NCBI GenBank assembly: GCA_031411035.1 | Contig: JANOAJ010000069.1 | Location: forward strand, 16,185 to 80,184 | Direction: 5' to 3' | DNA: 64,000 bases | From: Sphingomonadales bacterium | Lineage (GTDB): Bacteria; Pseudomonadota; Alphaproteobacteria; Sphingomonadales; Sphingomonadaceae | In this document: piece after piece, positions 35,294 through 46,100 of the stretch | Layout of the letters: each line of letters starts with the position of its first letter | How positions within the stretch are numbered: position 1 is the stretch's first letter | Notes under the pieces: generated by a model | The model's input: the letters and a program-made list of their open reading frames with translations, nothing else | What the model was told of the DNA's origin: nothing | Database searches by the model: none | Position numbers and translations under genes: made by a program

Positions 35294-37588
35294 CTAGAAC
35301 TTCATTTCCGCTGAAACACCGACCGTGCGGCGGCCTTCGCGGGTCAGCCAGTTCACTTCGCCACCCGGATCGCTGAACGGCAGGCCGATCACCGAAGCAT
35401 GAAAGCGCTTGTCCAGCAGGTTGCGGGCAAACACGCCGACACGCCACTTGTGATCGATATCGCCCACGCCAAAATTCAGGCCGACTGTATCATAGCCTGG
35501 CTGGTAGGAAATGGCGTTGCCTACGTCATATTGAACCTTGCTGCGATAATAGTAATTCATCGATGCGTCGACCGACAGGCTGTCCCCCAGCGGATGGTTG
35601 AAATCCATGCCGAACGTAGCGCTGTATTTCGGGGCACCCGAAAGCGGCTCGCCCTTGGCCTGCAGCAAGCTGGTCGTGCCGGAAATGAAGCAGGTCAGCC
35701 CTGCCTTCACTACGTTGGGGCAAGCGGTAATATAGTCGGTGAACTTGGTGTCGGAATAGGTGAACGAGCCATTCAGCGCAAAGCGCGGGCTGACTTTCCA
35801 CGCCGCATCCATTTCAAAGCCGTTGGCCTTGAAACCGCCGGCATTCTCCGTGAGGAATTCCAGACCGTTGAAAACAGAGGTCTGCAAATTCTTGTACGTG
35901 TCGAAGAAAACGTTGGCGTTGAATGTGACCTGCCGGTCAAAAAGCTGGCTCTTCATGCCGATGGTTATGTCCCGCACGGTTTGCGGATCGACATTGGAGC
36001 GCGTGCCGGTGAGCCCGGAAAATGTTACCGTCGGCCCCAGATAGCCACGAGCGACTGTCGCGAAGAACAGCAGATCGCGGCTTGGCTTGTATTCCAGGCC
36101 AAATTTGCCGGACCAATCGCCTTTGCTGACCGAGCCGGAATCAAGCGCACGAGGCGTGTAGGGCACGGTGAAGCCGTTGGGACCGACAAAGGGCGGGAAG
36201 GCCGGGTCAACAATCGAAAAGCTGGCGGCCTTTACCCAGTCATAGGAATAGCGACCGCCGAGCAGCACCTTGAACGTGTCAGACACCCGGATCGAGCCAT
36301 CCGCGAAAAGGGCAGAGCTTTCCGTTTGGGTTGTCGTGGTGCTCAGACCCGCTGAGATGGAGAGCTGGACAGGCGCGAACGGCAAGGCCGGACGCAACTG
36401 GGCGCTGGAAGTGCTGCCATATCCGGCACGGCGACGGGAGAGGAAGACGCCGCCCACATATTCAATTGTGCCACCCTTGGGAGAGGTGAGACGGATTTCT
36501 TCCGAAGCAAAGCTCTGGTCAACGCCGGTTTGTTGCGCCGTGAAGATCGGGAAAGGTGTGGCATCAATCGCAAAAACATTGGGCTTGTCATTGAGTCTGC
36601 GATAGGCCGTTACTGACGTCAGCGAGTGTTCGCCCAGCTCATAATTGAGCTCCAGCGATGCGCCGTAATTTTCCTCGCCGCCATAACCGGCATATTCTTC
36701 GGCCGATTTGTTGTTGTTGAAGCCGGGCGTGATGCCCAGCGCCAGCACCGCGCCGAAACGGGCCGCCATCAAGGGATTGGCAAAGCTGGGAACAGCGTTG
36801 ATCGTCCAGAACTGGCCCGGGCCAAAGCGCTTGTAGCGCGACCAGTCACCGATCAGATAGGCGCTGAATTTGTCCGAAGCTTCCCAGAGAAGCTTGGCCC
36901 GCACGCCGTAGTTCTTCTCGGCACCCCAATCCTCGTTGCGCACGACATTGCGATAAAAGCCGTCATGCTCGCGGTGGAAGGCAAACACGTTGAGCGCTGC
37001 TGTCGAGCCGAGCGGCACATTTACCGCGCCATGCACGTCATGCTCGTTGAGTTCGGCATAGGATGCGAACGCGTTGCCGCTGAATTCCCCCAATACGGGC
37101 TTCCTGGTCGTGACGTTAACCACACCCGACGAGGCGTTCTTGCCGAACTGCGTGCCTTGCGGGCCTTTCAGAACCTCGACGCGCTCCAGATCACCCAGGC
37201 TGGTGATCGGATTGCCAAAAGGAATGACCACATTGTCCACAACTGTGCCGACATTCTGTTCGGACGCGCTGCTGAAACCGCCCGCCGTGCCGACGCCGCG
37301 CAGGCGGAAGCCCGCATCATTGGGGGATGTGCCGAACTGGACGCCGGAAAACTGGTACTGAATGTCCTGCAGGGTCTTGAAACCCGATTCCGCCAACTGA
37401 TCCCCCGAAACAGCAGACACCGCAATCGGCACATCCTGCAGGCGTTCCGAACGCCGCGTGGCCGTGACGACAATGTCTGCCTGGCTGACGGAATCATCAG
37501 CCGCCTGTGCCTCTTGCGCAAAGGCCGGCATGGCAAGCGCTGTGGCGCTGGCAGATGCCAGCAACGCGAATGTTTTTGCGAATTTCAT
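35294..37588 (-). CDS. TonB-dependent receptor
   Basis: Signal peptide, DIVVTATRRSERLQDVP TonB box, ERVEVLKGPQGTQFGKNA, terminal Phe. Confidence 0.96.
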   Translation of the reverse strand: MKFAKTFALLASASATALAMPAFAQEAQAADDSVSQADIVVTATRRSERLQDVPIAVSAVSGDQLAESGFKTLQDIQYQFSGVQFGTSPNDAGFRLRGVGTAGGFSSASEQNVGTVVDNVVIPFGNPITSLGDLERVEVLKGPQGTQFGKNASSGVVNVTTRKPVLGEFSGNAFASYAELNEHDVHGAVNVPLGSTAALNVFAFHREHDGFYRNVVRNEDWGAEKNYGVRAKLLWEASDKFSAYLIGDWSRYKRFGPGQFWTINAVPSFANPLMAARFGAVLALGITPGFNNNKSAEEYAGYGGEENYGASLELNYELGEHSLTSVTAYRRLNDKPNVFAIDATPFPIFTAQQTGVDQSFASEEIRLTSPKGGTIEYVGGVFLSRRRAGYGSTSSAQLRPALPFAPVQLSISAGLSTTTTQTESSALFADGSIRVSDTFKVLLGGRYSYDWVKAASFSIVDPAFPPFVGPNGFTVPYTPRALDSGSVSKGDWSGKFGLEYKPSRDLLFFATVARGYLGPTVTFSGLTGTRSNVDPQTVRDITIGMKSQLFDRQVTFNANVFFDTYKNLQTSVFNGLEFLTENAGGFKANGFEMDAAWKVSPRFALNGSFTYSDTKFTDYITACPNVVKAGLTCFISGTTSLLQAKGEPLSGAPKYSATFGMDFNHPLGDSLSVDASMNYYYRSKVQYDVGNAISYQPGYDTVGLNFGVGDIDHKWRVGVFARNLLDKRFHASVIGLPFSDPGGEVNWLTREGRRTVGVSAEMKF

Positions 37589-37620
37589 AATGGAACTCCT
37601 CCGTGATTTTTTGACTTTTG

Positions 37621-38454
37621 TTACGCTTCTTCGACAATGCTGTTGGTGAGTGTGCCGATGACGCCGATGGACACTTCCACCGTATCTCCGGCTTTCATGT
37701 AGAGCGGCGGGGTGCGCTTATCGCCGACACCGCCGGGCGTGCCCGTGGCAATCACGTCGCCGGGGTTGAGGCGGGTGAACGCGGACACGTATTCGATGAG
37801 GAAGGGAATATCCCAGATCAGGTCGCTAACCGGCTGATCCTGAACCAGTTGCCCGTTGAGCCGCGTCTGAACCCGCTGGCTGCCAAGATCGGTAATTTCG
37901 TCCGACGTGACCAATGCCGGACCAAAGGCACCCGTGCCGGGAAAGTTCTTGCCCGGCGTAAACTGGATGTTGTGGCGCTGCCAGTCCCGGACCGAGGCAT
38001 CGTTGAAGATGGCGTAACCAGCGATATGCTTGTCCGCATCTGCGCGGGCGATCTGGTGCCCGCCCTTGCCGATCACCACTGCCAATTCGCCTTCATAGTC
38101 AAACCGGTCAGACACTTTGGGCTTCACCAGAGGGGCGCCTTCGGCGATGAGCGTATCGGCCCAGCGCGTGAAGATGGCGGGATATTCCTTCTGGTCGCGC
38201 CCGGTTTCGGCAACATGGGTGGCATAGTTGAGGCCGACACAGACAATCTTGCCCGGATTGGGGATCAGCGGCAGCAGCGTGATATCGCGAAGCGCGTAAT
38301 CCTGCTGCCCTGCGAGCGACGGCAATGTTCCTGCGGCCAGGGCATCGGCAAGCGAAGATGCGCCACCCGCCCGACCGAGATCGGTCACGCTTTCTCCCGT
38401 CAGCCGGCCAAAGCTGGGCGTGCCGTCGGGGCGGAGAAAACTTATATAGCGCAT
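37621..38454 (-). CDS. Fumarylacetoacetate hydrolase family protein
   Basis: KIVCVGLNYATH, DYEGELAVVIG, NDASVRDWQ, GDVIATGTPGGVG. Confidence 0.94.
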   Translation of the reverse strand: MRYISFLRPDGTPSFGRLTGESVTDLGRAGGASSLADALAAGTLPSLAGQQDYALRDITLLPLIPNPGKIVCVGLNYATHVAETGRDQKEYPAIFTRWADTLIAEGAPLVKPKVSDRFDYEGELAVVIGKGGHQIARADADKHIAGYAIFNDASVRDWQRHNIQFTPGKNFPGTGAFGPALVTSDEITDLGSQRVQTRLNGQLVQDQPVSDLIWDIPFLIEYVSAFTRLNPGDVIATGTPGGVGDKRTPPLYMKAGDTVEVSIGVIGTLTNSIVEEA

Positions 38455-39356
38455 CAGTTATGTGCTCCTGTCAGCAATGGTTCTGGTTCCCAGTCCCGCT
38501 TGAACCGGAAGGCTTCTTCGGCGACGCGCAACGCGCCAAAATCCTTGTCGGACATGCCCCACTGGTCGATCCGGTTTTCGGGCCATGTCCAGTCTTCGGG
38601 CGCGCCGACGCGATAATCATCCGGCACCTTGTTCACTGCCGTCGAGAATTCGACCACAGCCCCGAACGGCGCGATGAAATAGGCATAGACATTGTTGCCC
38701 GGCCCGTGCCGCCCCGGCCCCCATGCCGGTGCCATGCCATGATCGCGCAATCGACCGATGCCGCGCATCACGGCGTCAATATCGTCCATCTCGAATGCTA
38801 TATGATTGAGCGATGCAAAGCCGGCGCGCGCAAAGGCGGTCGAATGATGGGCGTCGTTGCAGCGGACAAACACCATGCCCTTGGTGCGGTCCGACACCCG
38901 GAACCCCAGCACTTCTTCCACCAGATGGCCAGTGGCTTCGGCGTCGGCGGAATTGAAGACCACATGCGTGAGCTTTACCGGAAGATCGCGGCCCTCGATG
39001 GGGGCAACCTCCGCCGTGTCGGTGAGGAAGCGCAGCAATTCCCCTTCGGCCAGTTCGACGATCAGGCCATGACCGCCACCCGGATCATCCGAGGTAACGG
39101 GTTTGGCCGCAAGTCCGTGCCGGGCAATCGCTGTCGCGAGGTCTGTCAGTCGCTCGTCCGAACAGACAAAGGTTGTGGAGCGGACAAAGCATGTATCCGC
39201 TTCTTCGAGCGCCACGAGATAGGGAAAGCTGCCTGACCCGCGCAGATAATGCGTGGCGCCGCGCACCTCAGCCGGAGCAAGCCCCCAGATGCTGGTCAGG
39301 AAGACTGCCGCCTCCGCTGCGCGCGGAAGAGCGAGTTCGATGCTGCTGAGCTTCAT
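38454..39356 (-). CDS. VOC-family (type I) extradiol ring-cleavage dioxygenase-like protein
   Basis: LTHVVFN, HHSTAF, LNHIAFE, GPGRHGPGNNVYAYF, VVEF. Confidence 0.85.
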   Translation of the reverse strand: MKLSSIELALPRAAEAAVFLTSIWGLAPAEVRGATHYLRGSGSFPYLVALEEADTCFVRSTTFVCSDERLTDLATAIARHGLAAKPVTSDDPGGGHGLIVELAEGELLRFLTDTAEVAPIEGRDLPVKLTHVVFNSADAEATGHLVEEVLGFRVSDRTKGMVFVRCNDAHHSTAFARAGFASLNHIAFEMDDIDAVMRGIGRLRDHGMAPAWGPGRHGPGNNVYAYFIAPFGAVVEFSTAVNKVPDDYRVGAPEDWTWPENRIDQWGMSDKDFGALRVAEEAFRFKRDWEPEPLLTGAHN

Positions 39357-40870
39357 GCCGCTGTCTCCAGGGTTACTGTTTGGCCGAGGCCGAGCGCGGC
39401 GCGGCGCGCGGCGAGCAGGTTGGCGGCACTGCCAGTGCCGAAAACATAGTGATCGGGACGGACAAGCACGGCCTCCGCTGCTTTGTCTTCCAGCCAGTTC
39501 CGGATCGCCCCCTTGTCATCAAGAGATGCCGTTTCGACCACGGTGACGCCATTCTCGCTGGCCACATCACCACGGACAAACAGCCGCCAGCCATTGCCCG
39601 TCACATCATCCAGCTTGCGAGCGTTCGCCAGCGGCTGGATGAAGCGTTCCCCGGCACCCGCGCTTCCGGAAAGGATGATGCCGGTGCTGATCGCGGGCAC
39701 AAGATCCGTCGCCGTCTTGGGTGAAGTATCCTTCGCTGCTTCGCGCATTTCAGCATCGCGCGCAGCAGCCTTTGCCGGATCGAGTTCGCAAATATAATGG
39801 CCCGCAGCGACGGCCGCGCCGATCACCCCGCGCACATGCGGATCACGTTCCGGCTGATAGGTATCAAGCAACGCTGAATCCACGCCGTCTTTGACAATGG
39901 CAGCCATTTTCCACGCAAGGTTCGCCACATCGCGAAGGCCGTGGCACATGCCCTGGCCGAAAAAGGGTGGGGTCTGGTGCGCGGCGTCACCCGCCAGAAA
40001 CACATTGCCAACCTGCCACGCTTCCGCGACCAACCCGTGAAAGCGGTAAGTGGCCGCGCGGACGATTTTGTGGGGCACATCCTTCATCCAGCCACCGACA
40101 AGCGCGCTGACTTTTTCCGGCTGCATCATTTCAGCATCATCTTCGCCGGGCAGCAGCATGAATTCCCAGCGGCGGTGATTGCCACGCCCCGGCACGATCG
40201 TCGCCGGGCGGTTCGGATCGCACATCATGACCGAAAGGCGCTGCAAATCCGCGCCCGCGGGAACGCCGGTCAGCGGCGGGAAGGAAACCGGCCCTTCCAC
40301 CTCGGCGTCAACGACAAGCCAGGGCTCCTCGAAATCCAGATCATCAAGCGCGACACCCAGCGCCTTGCGCACCGGGCTGCGCGACCCGTCACAGGCAATC
40401 GCCCAGCGGGCCTGTGCGGTGGCGGCAGTGCCATTGTTATCGAAGGAAACCGCGACAACGCCGTCGGCCTGATCCAGCGCCGTAAATTCCGCGCCGGTTT
40501 TCAGCGTGACATTCGCCATCCCTACAAAGCCTTCACGCAACTCTGCTTCAAGTTCGGGCTGATAGAAAAAATAGTCGTTGGCCCAGCCATAGAGGCGCGG
40601 CTTGCCGACAGTCCCCATATAGCGGATGACGCCATGATCCGCACCGATGTGAAGATGCCCGTCGGTATCGCGCATATCGCCTGCCACCCGATCAATCACG
40701 CCCGCAGACTGGAACAGCCGCATCATTTCATGATCAAGGTGCACGGCACGCGGCAACGGATGCAGGGCTGTCTCTTTTTCAAGGACAAGCACATCCAGCC
40801 CCGCCTTGCCCAGCAGGTTGGCGGCCAGCGCCCCCACCGGGCCGCAACCGATGATGATCACGTCATGCAT
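39353..40870 (-). CDS. MhpA-like FAD-dependent aromatic monooxygenase
   Basis: GCGPVG, PRAVHLDHE, ACDGSRSPVR, LAGDAAHQTPPFFGQGMCHGLRDVANL, LVRPDHYV. Confidence 0.93.
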   Translation of the reverse strand: MHDVIIIGCGPVGALAANLLGKAGLDVLVLEKETALHPLPRAVHLDHEMMRLFQSAGVIDRVAGDMRDTDGHLHIGADHGVIRYMGTVGKPRLYGWANDYFFYQPELEAELREGFVGMANVTLKTGAEFTALDQADGVVAVSFDNNGTAATAQARWAIACDGSRSPVRKALGVALDDLDFEEPWLVVDAEVEGPVSFPPLTGVPAGADLQRLSVMMCDPNRPATIVPGRGNHRRWEFMLLPGEDDAEMMQPEKVSALVGGWMKDVPHKIVRAATYRFHGLVAEAWQVGNVFLAGDAAHQTPPFFGQGMCHGLRDVANLAWKMAAIVKDGVDSALLDTYQPERDPHVRGVIGAAVAAGHYICELDPAKAAARDAEMREAAKDTSPKTATDLVPAISTGIILSGSAGAGERFIQPLANARKLDDVTGNGWRLFVRGDVASENGVTVVETASLDDKGAIRNWLEDKAAEAVLVRPDHYVFGTGSAANLLAARRAALGLGQTVTLETAA

Positions 40871-40873
40871 GGA

Positions 40874-42094
40874 TCAGGCCGCCGCCATCGCAGGCGCCTT
40901 GACCACCACGCCGCCCTTCATGATCATTGCCAGCTTGCCCCGATCCTGAAGAATACGGACATCTGTGGTCGGATCGCCATCAACCAGCAGCAGGTCTGCA
41001 AAATAACCGGGCTTCACTTGCCCGACAGGCAGATCCATCAATTCGCCACCAAGGCTTGTTGCGGCGGCCAGCGCCTCGGCAGGTGTATAGCCATAATGCG
41101 TCACGAAATGCGCGAGATCGCGGGCGTTGGTGCCGTTAGGGTTGAACGGGAAGCCGTAATCCCCACCGATCAGCACGCGCACGCCGCGGCGTTTGAGTTC
41201 AGGCACCAGCGTGGCTTCCAGTGCCAGACGCTCCTTCGCGCTCGCCTTCATATGGGTCATGTCGATATGCGGCGGCGGAGAGGCTTCGAGTGCCGCGACG
41301 CTGACACCGGGGCCAGGGGCATAGAATATGCGGTCTTTGGCACCTTCCATCAGATCAAGCGTCGCCGCATCCGCGTAGCTGCAATGGTAGAGCATCCGGA
41401 CGCCGTTGCGCAGCGCCATCTGGATCGCTTCGGGATGATATATGTGTGCTGAAAGCCACAGCCCTGCGGCGCTTGCCGCTTCGCTGGCCGCCGCCAATTC
41501 CGCTTCGGTGTAGATGATATCCTGCGACGAGCCGGGCTTCAAGGCGTCCTCGCCCGAGATCACCAGCTTGACGACCTTGACGCCCTGATCCTGACAATGC
41601 GCCACAAAGCGGCGCATCGCTTCAGGCCCCTGCCCATTGAAAATATCGCCGGTATCATCGCCATCGGGCGAGCGCTCGATGGTGGAGGGATGCAGGCGCG
41701 GCCCCGGCGTTTCGCCGGCATCAATCGCGCGCGCCAGTTCCGCTTCCATGCCGTCACCCAGCGCGCCCGCCGAATAGACGCTGGTAAAGCCCGATTCCAG
41801 CAGCACGCGGGCATTACGCCATGCCGCTACCTTCAACTCGTCAGGCGGGAGCATGAACTGGTGATAGATTTTCTCGATCGAAGAACCCCAGGATAAATGC
41901 CCATGGGCTTCAACGAGCCCCGGCATCAGTGTGCCGCCCTGCCCGTCCATCACTTCGTCTGCGCCAGACACGTCATCCGCCGACGCACCCGTGCGGACCT
42001 CCGCAATCTTGTCGCCATCAACAAGCACGACGCCGGGAACGGATTCGCTGCCGGTGCCATCAAAAATACGGACATTGCTAATTGCAAGGCGCAC
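40874..42094 (-). CDS. Metal-dependent amidohydrolase
   Basis: PGLVEAHGH, VKLVISG, SAH, YH, GGDYG, PGYFADLLLVDGDP; GTG start with RBS. Confidence 0.9.
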   Translation of the reverse strand: MRLAISNVRIFDGTGSESVPGVVLVDGDKIAEVRTGASADDVSGADEVMDGQGGTLMPGLVEAHGHLSWGSSIEKIYHQFMLPPDELKVAAWRNARVLLESGFTSVYSAGALGDGMEAELARAIDAGETPGPRLHPSTIERSPDGDDTGDIFNGQGPEAMRRFVAHCQDQGVKVVKLVISGEDALKPGSSQDIIYTEAELAAASEAASAAGLWLSAHIYHPEAIQMALRNGVRMLYHCSYADAATLDLMEGAKDRIFYAPGPGVSVAALEASPPPHIDMTHMKASAKERLALEATLVPELKRRGVRVLIGGDYGFPFNPNGTNARDLAHFVTHYGYTPAEALAAATSLGGELMDLPVGQVKPGYFADLLLVDGDPTTDVRILQDRGKLAMIMKGGVVVKAPAMAAA

Positions 42095-42187
42095 GGCCAG
42101 ACCACCCTCTCGGTTTCTTCTTCAGGAATTTGCGCAGGATGTGCCGCAGCGGGGCATTCGGATCAAATAATGATTTTTGCGATTGCC

Positions 42188-42202
42188 ATAGTTGCAGACT
42201 AT
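42188..42202. promoter_or_regulatory. Putative LysR binding box
   Basis: ATAG-N7-CTAT (T-N11-A) palindrome about 95 bp upstream of the amidohydrolase start. Confidence 0.55.
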
Positions 42203-43101
42203 ATATCCGGTGCGCTGCGCATCGCTGCCATGAAAGCTGAAACAACCGGGCCAGGCTCCACTGCCGCCAGCCGCAAGACACCTACGCTGCGCTGGAAGCC
42301 GACGCCGTCAATCCGTATCGCCCGCAAAACGCCGATGCCCAGTTCGGATGCCGCCACCTGCCGAGGCAAAATCGTGACATAGTTCGAATTTCTGACAATG
42401 GCTTTGGTTGTTAGAAGCGAATCGCAGCGGACAACGTCACGCGGCGTTTGCGTCTGGGTCGAGACGAACAGCGCGTCCACCTGCCGGCGAAATGCCCCCA
42501 CCGCATCGGGCAGGACCCAGGGAAGGTCGCTCACCGCCTTCAGCGATATCGTCGCTGGCAAATGATCATTCTGCCTGCCTACGATCAGATCGAACGGATC
42601 CTGAAGGACCGACTCTTCCAGAATATCTTCGGGTATCGCATCAATCCCGGTCGTCACCACGCCAAGATCAATCCGCTCACTACGGAGCAGATCAATCAGG
42701 ACAGCGTCCGGCCGTTCCAATATGCGGATATCCACCCGGGGATGGACTTGCTTCAGCCTTACAATCGCCGCAGGCACAAGGCTCGCCAGGGCACCCGGCG
42801 TTCCACCGATCACAAGAGGGCCGACCACTTCCTGTTCCATCAGGGCAAGCTCAATGCGTGCGCCCGTCAAGAGACTGTCCATGGCCTCGGCACGCCGCCG
42901 TAGCGCGACACCGGCCCGTTCAAGCACGATACCGCTGCGGCTGCGCTGGAAAAGCTGCGTGCCAAGCGCTCGCTCCAACTGCCCGATGGCCACCGAAACA
43001 GACGGCTGCGCCATGTTCAGGCTGCGCGCCGCACCACTGATCGAGCCCTGACGGCAGACCTCGAGGAATATGCGCATCTGTCGCGGATCAATCTGTTGCA
43101 T
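42199..43101 (-). CDS. LysR-family regulator
   Basis: GSISGAARSLNMAQPSVSVAIGQLERALGTQLFQRS HTH; GGAGG RBS before ATG 43101. Confidence 0.95.
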   Translation of the reverse strand: MQQIDPRQMRIFLEVCRQGSISGAARSLNMAQPSVSVAIGQLERALGTQLFQRSRSGIVLERAGVALRRRAEAMDSLLTGARIELALMEQEVVGPLVIGGTPGALASLVPAAIVRLKQVHPRVDIRILERPDAVLIDLLRSERIDLGVVTTGIDAIPEDILEESVLQDPFDLIVGRQNDHLPATISLKAVSDLPWVLPDAVGAFRRQVDALFVSTQTQTPRDVVRCDSLLTTKAIVRNSNYVTILPRQVAASELGIGVLRAIRIDGVGFQRSVGVLRLAAVEPGPVVSAFMAAMRSAPDI

Positions 43102-43188
43102 GGCGCCTCCCGCGGGCAACGTATCGCGTCGCGATCAGGAAGCACAGACTTTATGAAAACCCGCACTTCCTGATCGCCGCAACACCAG

Positions 43189-46100
43189 TCATCCCATTCG
43201 CAACGGGCGTCGCAGATCCAGTGTCATCGGAAATTCGCCGGGCATTTCCTCCGGCGGCATTGCCACTTCCCCGGGAGAATGGCCATGATTCTGGAACCGG
43301 GCCTTGCGGCGCGCTTCGGCCTCATAGCTGTTTACCGGCACGTCATCATAGGATCGGCCACCGGGATGCGCGACATGATAGACGCACCCGCCCAACGACC
43401 TCTGATTCCAGCTATCAAGGATATCAAAAGTCAGTGGCGCATGGGCAGGCATTGTCGGGTGCAGGCAGTTGGCCGTAGCCCACGCCTTGTACCGCACGCC
43501 ACCAATGCCCTCACCCGGCACCCCGGTCGCGGTCATTGGCACCCGCCGTCCGTTGCACGCAATGATGTGACGACCCGGAACCAGCCCTGTCGCCCGCACT
43601 TGCAAACGCTCTGTCGAACTATCGACATAGCGGACGGTACCCCCGATCGCGCCGGTTTCGCCCAGCACATCCCAGGGTTCAAGCGCGTGGCTGATTTCCA
43701 GCGTCACGCCGCCGCCTTCCACATCGCCGTGGATCGGAAACCGGAACTGGCGTTGCGCTTCGAACCAGGTCGGATCAAAATCATAGCCCGCAACCCGCAG
43801 ATCGGCGAGTACCTCAAGGAAATCCGCCCAGACCGGGTGCGGCAAGAGGAATCGGTCATGCAGGGTCGTGCCCCAGCGCACCAGCGCACCACTTTGCGGC
43901 GCACGCCAGAACCAGGCGGTCAGGGCGCGAAGAAGCAATTGCTGGGCCAGAGACATCTGCGCGTCCGGCGGCATCTCGAACCCCCGGAACTCGACAAGAC
44001 CGAGCCGCCCGGTCGGACCGTCAGGAGAGAAGAGCTTGTCGATGCAAATCTCTGTGCGGTGTGTGTTCCCGGTTACGTCAACCAGCAGGTTGCGGAACAG
44101 GCGGTCAACCAGCCAGGGCCGGGGTTCGCCGTCATCGCGCCCGGGCACCTGTGCCAGCGCGATCTCCAGTTCATACAGGCTGTCGTGTCGCGCTTCGTCA
44201 ATGCGGGGAGCCTGGCTGGTCGGCCCGATGAACATGCCGGAGAAAAGATAGCTGAGCGAGGGATGCCGCTGCCAATAGAGTACAAAACTCTTCAGCAGAT
44301 CAGCCCGGCGTATGAAGGGTGAATCCATCAGGCTCGGTCCGCCCAGAACCAGATGGTTGCCGCCGCCGGTTCCGATGGAACGTCCGTCCACCATGAACTT
44401 GTCAGCCGTCAGCCCGCATCGCCGCGCTGTCTCATAAAGCCTTTCGGTGATGTTGACGGCTTCCGTCCAGCTTGCGGCAGGCTGGATATTGACTTCAATC
44501 ACGCCGGGATCGGGCGTAACCTTCAGCACCCTCAGCCGGGGATCGGGTGGTGGCGGATAGCCTTCTATCCGCACCGGTATGCGCAGGGCTTCAGAAACGG
44601 CCTCGATCTGGGCAATCATGTCCAGATAATCCTCAAGCGCTTCGACCGGCGGGATGAACACCGAAAGATGATCGCCCCGAGGCTCTATTGCCAATGCGGT
44701 TCTGACCACGCCTTCGATAATGGTCTGCTCCACCCGCTCCTGCTGCGCGCCTTCGGCGGCCTCCACATGTTCCTGCCGCATGTGCGGATCATGTTTTTCG
44801 ACCTGCGCCACCTTGGTTTCGGCACCGGTTTCCATGCCCTGGACGCGATAATCGGAAAGCGGCTCTCTCGGCTCTGAAGTATCGCGCGGATGGATATAGG
44901 GAAAGGCAGACGGCGGCACATAAGGCAGTGAGCCAAGTGGCAGGCGATAGCCAAGCGCGCTGTCGCCTGGAACCGCGAACAGCGCGCCACGCCGGACTTT
45001 CCATTTCTCGCTCTTCCAGCGCGGGGCCTTGGCCGGAGCGCTGTTCCAGCGCTGGATGGGCAGCACAAAACCCACCGGCTTGGAAAGGCCGCGCTGGAAC
45101 GTCCGCATGAAGCGGTTGCGTTCCTCGGGATTGTCGATCTTGGGATCGTCCGGGCTGGTATTTTCCGGAAGCTCCGCTTCCTTCACAATCCAGCTCACCG
45201 CATCCTCATAGACCGGGTTGATGAAATCATGATCCAGCCCGAACCCGTCTGCCGCCTGCTCGATGAAATGCCGCGCGGTTTCGGCAGTGACGGACTCTGG
45301 GGGCGTGTCCGGTGTTACGGCAACGGGTTCGCGGGCAATCAGGCTTGCATCGCGCCATACCGGCACGCCATCGGTGCGCCAGTACAGCGAATAGCCCCAC
45401 CGGGGGAGGCTTTCGCCGGGATACCATTTGCCCTGCCCGTGGTGCAGCAACGCCGTTGGCGCGAACTGTTCACGCAATTCGCGAATCAGACGATCCGCAA
45501 AATCCGCCTTGGTGGGGCCGACCGCATCGGCATTCCATTCCGGCGCTTCAAAATCGCCGTCGGCGATAAAGGTCGGCTCCCCGCCCGTCGTCAGCCGCAC
45601 ATCCTGCGCAAGGAGATCAGCATCGACTTTTCCGCCAAGATCAAGCAGCGCCTGCCAGCGCGCATCGGTAAACGGCTTGGTGATCCGCACCGCTTCCGAA
45701 ATGCGCGAGACACTCATCTCGAAATGAAAATCGACTTTGGCCACCTCAGCGCCCCCGCTGATCGGTGCGGCAGCGCGGTAATGCGGCGTGGCAGCCAGCG
45801 GAATATGCCCTTCCCCTGCGAAAAGCCCAGACGTGGGATCAAGCCCGACCCAGCCTGCCCCGGGCAGATAGATTTCTGTCCAGGCATGAAGATCGGTGAA
45901 GTCAGCCGTTGGCCCCTTCGGTCCTTCGACGGGCTCGATATCGGCCTTCATCTGGATCAGATATCCCGATACGAACCGCGCGGCGTACCCCAGCCTGCGC
46001 AGCAACTGGATTTGCAGCCAGGCGCTGTCCCGGCATGATCCGGTTCCCAGTTGCAGGGTTTCCTCAGGCCCCTGCACGCCATGTTCCATCCGGATGACAT

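Noticed and set aside
39353-40870. Calling the aromatic cluster a standard mhp operon
   Set aside because: No MhpB (LigB-type), MhpD, MhpE, MhpF or IclR-type MhpR; the partners are VOC, FAH, amidohydrolase and LysR
39941-41452. 503-aa plus-strand ORF, and similar long shadow ORFs at 26062-27297, 43279-44322, 51636-52955 and 59048-60826
   Set aside because: Antisense to well-supported genes; typical of high-GC codon bias; no recognisable motifs
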